Both the position numbers and the translations under genes were made by a program. Source: Eubacteriales bacterium (GTDB lineage: Bacteria; Bacillota; Clostridia; Oscillospirales; CAG-272). From it: 64,000 nt of DNA. Under the pieces are notes generated by a model. The model did no database searches and was not told the DNA's origin. It saw only the letters and a list, made by a program, of their open reading frames with translations. Position 1 is the stretch's first letter. Each line of letters begins with the position of its first letter. The stretch covers positions 8,928-72,927 of the forward strand of contig JAZRFH010000036.1 in NCBI GenBank assembly GCA_045661245.1. Direction: 5' to 3'. Positions 57,060-64,000 of this stretch are shown piece after piece.

Positions 57060-57140
57060 AAGCACCCCTATGTTACGGGGTGCTTTTATTTTTTTGGTCG
57101 ACTCTATGCGGTCGACCGCCTCGCGCACCGCGCGAATGCG
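57060..57140 (+). repeat. Direct repeat copy 2: 81-bp triple-hairpin module
   Basis: Differs from copy 1 only by C to A plus one extra T in the T-run, and C to T in the second loop. Confidence 0.85.
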
Positions 57141-57187
57141 ACACAAATCATGCCATGAGATGGTTTGTAAAATACAACTAGCTTAAG

Positions 57188-57213
57188 CGGTGCCAATTTT
57201 GGCACCGTTTTTT
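57188..57213 (+). terminator. Intrinsic terminator with no assigned gene
   Basis: CGGTGCC-AATTTT-GGCACCG stem-loop followed by a T6 run. Confidence 0.7.
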
Positions 57214-57217
57214 ACCC

Positions 57218-57246
57218 TTTACATTTTTGACTTTATGTGCTATAAT
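57218..57246 (+). promoter_or_regulatory. Promoter for gpsA
   Basis: TTTACA (57218-57223), 17 nt, TATAAT (57241-57246). Confidence 0.6.
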
Positions 57247-57278
57247 GTATGGGTGTTCTGCAAAAAGGAGTTAATCTT

Positions 57279-58238
57279 ATGAAAATAACAGTTATCGGAT
57301 GTGGGCGCTGGGGTAGCTTTATTGCCAATTACTTATCGGGTATTGGGCACGACGTATACCTTTACGGACCGAGCGACACTCAAGATATGCAATGCTTTCT
57401 TAAGAATAGAAAAAATAGCTTTATTACCCTGCGCGACGAGGTTACGCTTTCGTGCGAGCTTAAGGGGGCGCTTGAAAGGGCTGACGTTGTAATTATCTCC
57501 ATTCCCTCGCAGAGCTTGCGCGGGCTTATGGGCGAGATGCGCGAGGCCGGCTGGCACGGCGGTAAAATCGTGCTTTGCATGAAGGGGCTTGAAATAGAGA
57601 GCGGAAAGCGCCTGTCGGTTATCGTAGACGAGGAGCTGGGAGATAGCACCGAATGTGCTGTATGGATTGGACCCGGGCACGTACAGGAGTTCTCAAACGG
57701 TGTGCCTAACTGTATGGTAATTGACAGCAAAAGCGAGGAGCTGAAGCGCCTTTTGGTAAATGAGTTTTCAAGCAGTCTTATCCGTTTTTATTATGGAACA
57801 GACCTGATAGGCAACGAGATTGGCGCCGCGGCAAAGAACGTTATCGGTATCGCGGCCGGTATGCTTGACGGAATGGGGCTTTCAACACTTAAGGGTGCGC
57901 TTATGTCACGCGGTACACGTGAAATTGCAAGACTGATTAAGGCTATCGGCGGCAACGAGCTTTCGGCTTACGGCCTGTGCCACCTAGGTGACTACGAGGC
58001 AACCGTGTTCTCAAAATTCAGCCACAACCGTTCGTTTGGCGAGGCGTTTATCAAGGGCGAGAGCTTTGAAAGACTTGCCGAGGGCTATTACACCGTGCGT
58101 GCAATTACCACGCTGGCAAACGAATACGGCGTTGACCTGCCAATCTGTAAGACGGTTGAGGACGTGCTCTATAACGGTGCTTCCCCAAAGGACGCACTTA
58201 CACAGCTCTTTGAAAGAGCTCTTAAATCCGAGTTTTAA
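57279..58238 (+). CDS. gpsA: NAD(P)H-dependent glycerol-3-phosphate dehydrogenase
   Basis: MKITVIGCGRWGS Rossmann start behind AAGGAG; NEIGAAAKNVIGIAAG; LGDYEATVFS..SHNRSFG. Confidence 0.85.
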   Translation: MKITVIGCGRWGSFIANYLSGIGHDVYLYGPSDTQDMQCFLKNRKNSFITLRDEVTLSCELKGALERADVVIISIPSQSLRGLMGEMREAGWHGGKIVLCMKGLEIESGKRLSVIVDEELGDSTECAVWIGPGHVQEFSNGVPNCMVIDSKSEELKRLLVNEFSSSLIRFYYGTDLIGNEIGAAAKNVIGIAAGMLDGMGLSTLKGALMSRGTREIARLIKAIGGNELSAYGLCHLGDYEATVFSKFSHNRSFGEAFIKGESFERLAEGYYTVRAITTLANEYGVDLPICKTVEDVLYNGASPKDALTQLFERALKSEF

Positions 58239-58252
58239 TTGATTTCAAATAA

Positions 58253-58308
58253 AAAGCACCTATGATATACGGGAAAACTACCGCGTACCAAAGGTGCTTT
58301 TGTTTTTT
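58253..58308. terminator. Bidirectional terminator between gpsA and the HTH gene
   Basis: AAAGCACCT ... AGGTGCTTT stem flanked by an A-run and a T-run. Confidence 0.55.
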
Positions 58309-58510
58309 ACTTTTTACTATACTCTTCAAAGAGGTCGTTTGGAGTACACTCAAGTATGTCGCATAAAGCCTTTAGATTTTCAAACTTTATTGCGCGAGTT
58401 TCACCCTTAACAAGTTTATTAAAATTTTGATAGCTAAGCCCTAGCTGCATATAAAGCCAATATTTCGTCTTACCCTTTTCCTCTAAGATGTCAAGTATTC
58501 TGAGTTTCAT
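58307..58510 (-). CDS. XRE-family helix-turn-helix transcriptional regulator (67 aa)
   Basis: MKLRILDILEEKGKTKYWLYMQLGLSYQNFNKLVKGET... Cro/C1-type HTH. ATG 58510 lies 2 nt after the pepF stop. Confidence 0.8.
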   Translation of the reverse strand: MKLRILDILEEKGKTKYWLYMQLGLSYQNFNKLVKGETRAIKFENLKALCDILECTPNDLFEEYSKK

Positions 58511-58512
58511 TT

Positions 58513-60273
58513 TTATCCTTCTTTTACAAGCTCGCAATACTGCTCGATTTTCTTAGCAATACCGGCAAGACCTGCGCGCCAGAAATCCGCGCTTGTGAGG
58601 TCGGCGCCTGCGATTTTTGCCGCATCCTCAACGTCACAAAGGCTGGTTGCGCGGAGCATCGCTTTATAGGTAGGCACGAAATCCTTGCCCTCGTTTTTAT
58701 ACTTCTCATAAAGACCTCTTGCAAAAAGGCCGCCAAAGGCATAGGGGTAATTGTAGAAGCTAAGGCCGCCGCTGTAATAGTGACCCTTGCAAAGCCACAT
58801 AAACGGGTGCTTTAAATTGTTGTCTAAGCCGTCGCCGTAGCCAAGCTGCTGTGCTTCGAGCATAAGCTCTGAAAGTCTATCGGCATTCATAAACTCCTCG
58901 GGGCGGTGCTCAAACACGGACGCCTCAAATCTATAACGCGAATAAATATCGCAGATAATCTGGCAGGTTTCCATAAGCTCGGACTCTAAGAGTGCGAGCC
59001 TTTCTTCACGGGATTTTGCATCAGCAAACGCAGTTTCCATAACCAATACCTCGTTAAAGGTGGACGCGGTTTCGGCCACGGGCATAGTATAGTCCTGATT
59101 GATTATTGAGTGAGAGCTCACCATTCTGTCGTGGAAGGAGTGGCCAAGCTCGTGCGCGAGGGTGAGTACAGAGGAAAGTGAGCCGTCGAAGTTGGTGAGG
59201 ACTCTGCTCTCACACGCGGTAGGTATACCGCAGTCAAATGCGCCGCCAACCTTATTCTCACGGGGATAAAAATCAATCCACTTATTATCAAACGCACACT
59301 TTATAAGGTCATGCATCTCGCTGTCAAAGCGCGAGAATATATCAAGAAGATAATCTCTCGCCTCAGTAACCGTAAAGGTCTTATCCATCTTGCCCATAGG
59401 GGAGAAGAGCTCGTACCAAGGCAGGCCTCCCTCGTAACCAAGAGCCTTGGCCTTAGCAAGCAGATATTTATGGAATACGGGCAGATACTCCTCAATAGCG
59501 CCTATAAGCGCGTCAAGCGTTGCGCGCTGCATTCTTGAATTGTAAAGGCTCTTTGCAAGCGGTGACTCAAAGCCGCGCAGCTCACACTCCGAGAGCACCT
59601 GCAGCTTTATACTGTTAAGCGCAAAGGCAACCGACTCTTTAATGCCCTCATACGCCCTAAGCTCTGCCTCGTAGGCCTTTTTTCTTACCACGGGGTCGGG
59701 GTCATAAGCAAGATTACGCACAGCGGAAAGGGTGATTTCGCCGCCGTCATACTCCACCTTTAAGCTGCTTGTCAATGAGCTGTGCAAATCACTCCACGCG
59801 CCTGCACCCGAAATATCAAGCTTAGCAAACACTGCCTCTTCACCGTCGCTAAGCAGATACTTACTGTCGCGCTTTATATTTTTGAGGTAGTAATCATATT
59901 CGACGAGTGAGTGGTCACTCATAATAAGCTCGTCAAGGTCGGGGTAGCCTGCGATAACCTTTGACATTAAAGCAGACGGGCCTGCTACGGCACTTGTAAG
60001 CGACATTATCTTGCCGAGAGCCGATGCACTCTTAACGTCGGCAGTATTTGCAGAATAGGAAAGATTGCAGAATATAGCAAGCTTAGATACAAGTGTATTA
60101 AGCTTTACGGTACGGTCGATATATTCTCGCAAAAATTCAGCACGGGGTGCGTCATTTGCCCTTTGTGAGAGTGCCGAATACTCGCTTATCTCTTCTTCAA
60201 GCGATTGGATATCGCGCGCAAATGCGGGGTCGTCAAGCCCCGAATAAAGTATAGATAAATCCCATTTTCCCAT
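58513..60273 (-). CDS. pepF: M3-family oligoendopeptidase F
   Basis: HELGHSFH zinc motif. 586 aa from ATG 60273, behind GGAG. Confidence 0.85.
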   Translation of the reverse strand: MGKWDLSILYSGLDDPAFARDIQSLEEEISEYSALSQRANDAPRAEFLREYIDRTVKLNTLVSKLAIFCNLSYSANTADVKSASALGKIMSLTSAVAGPSALMSKVIAGYPDLDELIMSDHSLVEYDYYLKNIKRDSKYLLSDGEEAVFAKLDISGAGAWSDLHSSLTSSLKVEYDGGEITLSAVRNLAYDPDPVVRKKAYEAELRAYEGIKESVAFALNSIKLQVLSECELRGFESPLAKSLYNSRMQRATLDALIGAIEEYLPVFHKYLLAKAKALGYEGGLPWYELFSPMGKMDKTFTVTEARDYLLDIFSRFDSEMHDLIKCAFDNKWIDFYPRENKVGGAFDCGIPTACESRVLTNFDGSLSSVLTLAHELGHSFHDRMVSSHSIINQDYTMPVAETASTFNEVLVMETAFADAKSREERLALLESELMETCQIICDIYSRYRFEASVFEHRPEEFMNADRLSELMLEAQQLGYGDGLDNNLKHPFMWLCKGHYYSGGLSFYNYPYAFGGLFARGLYEKYKNEGKDFVPTYKAMLRATSLCDVEDAAKIAGADLTSADFWRAGLAGIAKKIEQYCELVKEG

Positions 60274-60298
60274 AACAAATCTCCTTTTTATGTAAAAA

Positions 60299-60802
60299 TC
60301 AATAGCCGCTGATGGGCAGGCTCTCGTCGTCCTCACCGCTCTCAAGCTTTAAAATCTTAACGTAATAGCTCATACGCTCGTTAACCGTAATAAGCACCCT
60401 ATCGCCTACTCTATGCCCCATAATGGCAGAGCCGAGGGGCGACTCCTTGCTTATATATCCCAAGAGGGCATTCTGGCGCAGAGTAGTTACCAGCTGTATC
60501 GTACGCTCCTCACCCGTGCGCTCGTTAAGCAGTGTTACCTTATCAAAGAGGCCGACTGTGCCCTCTTCCGTACCCGTTTCAATCACACGGGCGGTTCTAA
60601 TCATATTTTCAAGGTATCGTATACGCCCCTCGTTGCGCCGCTTTTCCCTCTTTGCTTCCTTATACTCCGCATTCTCGGACAGGTCACCGAACTCGCGGGT
60701 GCGCTTCATTTCAGCAAGGAGCTTAGGCCCAAGCTCAACGCGGCGGTAGCGTATCTCCTCTTCCATCTTTTTTATATCAACCTCTGTAAGCTCGTCGTAC
60801 AT
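60299..60802 (-). CDS. greA: Transcription elongation factor GreA
   Basis: Coiled-coil N-domain with DLSENAEYKEAK; C-terminal domain SPLGSAIMGHRVGD. Short acidic C-terminal extension. Confidence 0.9.
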   Translation of the reverse strand: MYDELTEVDIKKMEEEIRYRRVELGPKLLAEMKRTREFGDLSENAEYKEAKREKRRNEGRIRYLENMIRTARVIETGTEEGTVGLFDKVTLLNERTGEERTIQLVTTLRQNALLGYISKESPLGSAIMGHRVGDRVLITVNERMSYYVKILKLESGEDDESLPISGY

Positions 60803-60828
60803 ACCGTGCCTCCTCTTAAGTTCACTCT

Positions 60829-60857
60829 ATTTTACCATTTTGACGTGGCTTTTACAA
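60829..60857 (-). promoter_or_regulatory. Candidate greA promoter
   Basis: On the minus strand: TTGTAA (60857-60852), 17 nt, TAAAAT (60834-60829). ATGCAAA repeats lie directly upstream. Confidence 0.5.
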
Positions 60858-60922
60858 TACTTTTTTGCATTTTGCATAAAAAACGAGCCGAAAATTTGCA
60901 TATATAAATTATTCAGGACATA

Positions 60923-60951
60923 TTGATTTATAGATGTAGTTTTGATATAAT
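60923..60951 (+). promoter_or_regulatory. Candidate promoter for the small membrane protein gene
   Basis: TTGATT (60923-60928), 17 nt, TATAAT (60946-60951). Confidence 0.5.
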
Positions 60952-60999
60952 TACATTGTAAGGGCACACGCCCAATAAATTACTAAGGAGATACACACC

Positions 61000-61251
61000 A
61001 TGGCAGAGAATCAATCCATCATCGCTCAGTTTAACGCACTTGACAAAATCGTTAAGGTTCTTATTCTCTTTTTTGTAGGTTGGCTTGTAAGCCCTGTATA
61101 CCGTATTCTGCGCTATACCGAAACTAAGAACAACACTACCCTTATTATCGGTATTCTTGCATTTGTTACCGGCGCATTCTTCGGTATTCTTGCTATTATC
61201 GATATTGTTACCGTAATAACCGATAACAAGATTTCCGTGCTTGTTGACTAA
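61000..61251 (+). CDS. Hypothetical small membrane protein (83 aa, 2 helices)
   Basis: AAGGAG ribosome-binding site; two hydrophobic segments. No family recognised. Confidence 0.6.
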   Translation: MAENQSIIAQFNALDKIVKVLILFFVGWLVSPVYRILRYTETKNNTTLIIGILAFVTGAFFGILAIIDIVTVITDNKISVLVD

Positions 61252-61333
61252 TACATAGGCATAGCAAAACAGGTTGGGGCTAAACAAAAAGCGGCCCCGA
61301 CCCTTTTGTTTTATGGGATAACCCCCGCTGTAC

Positions 61334-61362
61334 TTGACATTTTTGAAATAATATATTAGAAT
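61334..61362 (+). promoter_or_regulatory. Promoter for ppa
   Basis: TTGACA (61334-61339), 17 nt, TAGAAT (61357-61362). Confidence 0.6.
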
Positions 61363-61383
61363 ATAAAAAAAGGAGGTGTGCTT

Positions 61384-61917
61384 ATGTCTAACATCTGGCA
61401 CGATATATCACCCAAAAGAATAACACCCGAGGATTTTATTTGCGTAATAGAAATATCCAAGGGCAGCAAAAAGAAATACGAGCTTGATAAGGAAACAGGG
61501 TATATTATCCTTGACAGAATCCTTTACACCTCTACCCACTACCCTGCTAACTACGGCTTTATACCGCGCACGTATGGCGACGATAACGACCCGCTTGACG
61601 TTTTACTTTTGTGTGCAGAGCCGCTTGAGCCAATGTCGCTTGTAAGGGCGTATCCAATAGGCGTTATTACAATGATAGACAACGGCAGACAGGACGAAAA
61701 GATTATCGCAATACCCTTTGACGACCCCAACTACAATATGTACACCAACATAGACGAGCTGCCTAAGCATATTTTTGACGAAATGACCCACTTTTTCAGC
61801 GTTTACAAGAGTCTTGAGCATAAGGAAACTGCGGTAAACGAGGTAAGGCCGAGAGAGGACGCTGTTAAAATTATCGAACAATCTATAAACACCTATATTG
61901 ACTGCTTTTGTAAGTAA
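61384..61917 (+). CDS. ppa: Inorganic diphosphatase (family I)
   Basis: EISKGSKKKYELD, YPANYGFIP, DNDPLDVLLL. ATG 61384 lies 7 nt after AGGAGG. Confidence 0.9.
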   Translation: MSNIWHDISPKRITPEDFICVIEISKGSKKKYELDKETGYIILDRILYTSTHYPANYGFIPRTYGDDNDPLDVLLLCAEPLEPMSLVRAYPIGVITMIDNGRQDEKIIAIPFDDPNYNMYTNIDELPKHIFDEMTHFFSVYKSLEHKETAVNEVRPREDAVKIIEQSINTYIDCFCK

Positions 61918-61942
61918 ATTATATAACTTGGCGGTATGAGAA

Positions 61943-62308
61943 ATGAAGCTACTTGAATCGGGAGAGATGTATCTCGAAACAATTTACGTATTAAAAAAAG
62001 AAAAGCCACACGTGCGCTCTATAGACATCTGTGAGCATATGGGATTTTCAAAGCCGAGCGTTTCACGCGCAGTGGGGCTTTTACGCACGGGCGGATATAT
62101 TATCACAGACGAGAGCGGATATATCAGCCTGACCGACAAGGGTCAAGAGGTTGCAGAGAAGATATACAAGAGGCACAACGTGCTTACGGAATTTCTCACG
62201 GGTATAGGGGTAAGCGAAAAAAACGCCGCGCTTGACGCCTGCAAAATCGAGCACCATATAAGTGACGAAACCTTTTTGGCTATTACAGAATACCTAAAGA
62301 ATAAATAA
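61943..62308 (+). CDS. DtxR/MntR-family metal-dependent transcriptional regulator (DNA-binding plus dimerisation domains only)
   Basis: SGEMYLETIYVL...RSIDICEHMGFSKPSVSRAV...HNVLTEFL...CKIEHHIS. Confidence 0.8.
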   Translation: MKLLESGEMYLETIYVLKKEKPHVRSIDICEHMGFSKPSVSRAVGLLRTGGYIITDESGYISLTDKGQEVAEKIYKRHNVLTEFLTGIGVSEKNAALDACKIEHHISDETFLAITEYLKNK

Positions 62309-62324
62309 ATTAAATCAAATATTA

Positions 62325-62357
62325 AAGGCACTGTTAAAACGCAGTGCCTCTTTTTTT
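62325..62357 (+). terminator. Intrinsic terminator after the DtxR-family gene
   Basis: AGGCACTG-TTAAAACG-CAGTGCCT stem-loop followed by CTTTTTTT. Confidence 0.8.
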
Positions 62358-62359
62358 GT

Positions 62360-62390
62360 ATAAAAAACACTCCCCCGTTGCCGAGGGAGT
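62360..62390 (-). terminator. Intrinsic terminator after nifJ
   Basis: On the minus strand: CACTCCC-TCGGCAACGG-GGGAGTG stem-loop followed by TTTTTTAT. Confidence 0.7.
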
Positions 62391-62406
62391 GCCGTATAGA
62401 TTTAAA

Positions 62407-64000
62407 TTATACGTTGTAGAAATCTACAAACTTCTTAAGACGCTCGTACTTAGCCTTTGCAGCGTCCTCTGCCTTAGCAAAGAGCTCGCCTGCACGCTCA
62501 GGAAACGCCTGTGCAAGTCTGGTATATCTAGCCTCGTTACCGATAAACTCCTGGTAAGAGCCTGTGGGCTCCTTGGAATCAAGGGAGAAGGGATTCTTGC
62601 CCTCTGCCTTGAGTGCAGGGTTGTATCTGAAGAGGTTCCAGTAACCGGTATCTACAGCCTTCTTCATTTCAGCCTGGCAGTTAGCCATACCGCCCTTGAT
62701 GGAGTGCATCTCACAAGGAGCGTAAGCGATAATGAGAGAAGGTCCGTTATATGCCTCAGCCTCGGCAATTGCCTTAAGAGTCTGGTTCATATCAGCGCCC
62801 ATAGCAATCTGAGCAACGTAAACGTAGCCGTAGGACATTGCAATCTCAGCAAGGTTCTTCTTGTTGATAGCCTTACCTGCTGCTGCGAACTGAGCAACCT
62901 GACCGATGTTAGATGCCTTAGATGCCTGGCCGCCTGTGTTAGAGTAAACCTCGGTATCGAATACGAAGAGATTTACGTCCTCACCCGATGCAAGCACGTG
63001 GTCAACACCGCCAAAGCCGATATCGTATGCCCAACCGTCGCCACCGAAAATCCAAACTGCCTTCTTGGAAAGGAATTCCTTCTCAGCAAGGATAGCCTTA
63101 GCATCCTCGCAGCCGTCAGCAGCCCACTTCTCAAGCAGCTCAACAAGTGCCTTGGTTGCAGCCTCGTTTGCCTTACCGTCGTTAAGAGTGTTAAGATACT
63201 CGTCAACGATAGCCTTGCAAGCCTCACAAGGAGTATTGAGTGCGCGAACCTTAGCGATAAGCTTCTCACGAATGGTCTTCTGACCGATATACATACCAAG
63301 ACCGTGCTCAGCGTTATCCTCAAAGAGGGAGTTAGCCCAAGCAGGACCTCTGCCGCTCTCGTTGTTTACAGTGTAAGGAGTTGCAGGTGCGGAGCCGCCC
63401 CAAATGGACGAACAACCGGTTGCGTTGGAGATATACATTCTCTCACCGAACAGCTGAGTAACGAGTCTAGCATAAGAGGTTTCTGCACAGCCTGCACAAG
63501 AGCCTGAGTACTCAAGAAGGGGCTGCTTGAACTGGCTACCCTTAATAGTAAGGTTAACAAGCTCTGCCTTCTCAGATACGTTAGCAACAGCATAATCGTA
63601 AGCTGCCTGCTGGTCAAGCTGAGTAGCGATAGGCTTCATTTCAATTGCGGGTGCCTTACCTGTCTTAGCAGAGTTTGCGGTAACAGGACAAGCCTTAACG
63701 CAAAGAGTACATCCCATACAGTCAAGGGGAGATACTGCCATTGTGAACTTATATGCCGTCTTAGCAACGGGGTTCTTTGTAAACTTGGTAACTGCGGGTG
63801 CTGCTGCAGCCTCTTCCTCTGTCATAGCAAAGGGACGAACACAAGCGTGAGGACATACGAAAGCACAGTTGTTACACTGGATACAGGTCTCGGGATTCCA
63901 CTGAGGAACTGTTACGGCAACGCCGCGCTTCTCATAAGCTGCTGAGCCCTGGGGGAAGGTACCGTCAACGTAAGGAGTAAATGCGGAAACCTTAAGAGAG
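62407..64000 (-). CDS. nifJ: Pyruvate:ferredoxin (flavodoxin) oxidoreductase, C-terminal part (5' end lies outside the window)
   Basis: The frame stays open to the window edge. Ferredoxin-domain CIQCNNCAFVCPH and CMGCTLCVKACP motifs, plus the TPP-binding domain GGDGWAYDIGFGG. Confidence 0.9.
   Translation of the reverse strand, partial: SLKVSAFTPYVDGTFPQGSAAYEKRGVAVTVPQWNPETCIQCNNCAFVCPHACVRPFAMTEEEAAAAPAVTKFTKNPVAKTAYKFTMAVSPLDCMGCTLCVKACPVTANSAKTGKAPAIEMKPIATQLDQQAAYDYAVANVSEKAELVNLTIKGSQFKQPLLEYSGSCAGCAETSYARLVTQLFGERMYISNATGCSSIWGGSAPATPYTVNNESGRGPAWANSLFEDNAEHGLGMYIGQKTIREKLIAKVRALNTPCEACKAIVDEYLNTLNDGKANEAATKALVELLEKWAADGCEDAKAILAEKEFLSKKAVWIFGGDGWAYDIGFGGVDHVLASGEDVNLFVFDTEVYSNTGGQASKASNIGQVAQFAAAGKAINKKNLAEIAMSYGYVYVAQIAMGADMNQTLKAIAEAEAYNGPSLIIAYAPCEMHSIKGGMANCQAEMKKAVDTGYWNLFRYNPALKAEGKNPFSLDSKEPTGSYQEFIGNEARYTRLAQAFPERAGELFAKAEDAAKAKYERLKKFVDFYNV

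Noticed and set aside
56898-57186. ORFs of 82 and 87 aa on both strands across the duplicated hairpin module.
   Set aside because: They read straight through terminator hairpins, and their internal repeat simply mirrors the DNA duplication. No ribosome-binding sites are present.

Overview
This looks like a chromosomal window from a Gram-positive anaerobe of clostridial type. That is inferred only from gene content and order: rimP-nusA-ylxR-ylxQ-infB, atpZ-atpI-atpBEFHAGDC, PFOR/nifJ, type III glutamine synthetase, ThiT behind a TPP riboswitch, and DUF4830/DUF368 genes. I call about 62 protein genes, 2 tRNAs (Met-CAT, Glu-TTC), one TPP riboswitch, and several near-consensus sigma-A-type promoters and intrinsic terminators. 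Most of the window is ordinary housekeeping: the nucleoside salvage operon tdk-deoC-deoD-deoB-cdd-pdp, F1Fo ATP synthase, recA-recX, cysK-cysE, thiamine salvage, greA, ppa and gpsA. I saw no CRISPR array, integrase, transposase, phage genes or recognisable defence system. Five regions are not explained by ordinary annotation. (1) At 323-1620 the 3' terminus of a rumA-type methyltransferase gene recurs as an in-frame relic. The two copies bracket a 1.2-kb recombinase-less insert carrying a dense array of GCGATAT/ATATCGC heptamers interleaved with unrelated mini-hairpins, an orphan Avd/IVP-like four-helix-bundle gene and an AT-rich lipoprotein gene. (2) A Cys-rich CCCH-repeat protein is paired with a membrane-spanning SMC/SbcE(YhaN)-like ATPase that has no nuclease partner. 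(3) A co-directional gene string (three of the four ORFs joined by TAATG stop/start overlaps) runs MutS paralog, type II pantothenate kinase, a 751-aa highly charged tail-anchored protein, and a 69-aa basic peptide. (4) An 80-bp triple-hairpin module is duplicated downstream of the tRNA genes. (5) TTTTGCA heptamer repeats occur at two intergenic sites. All product calls were made by eye from motifs and gene order; no database search or folding computation was run.
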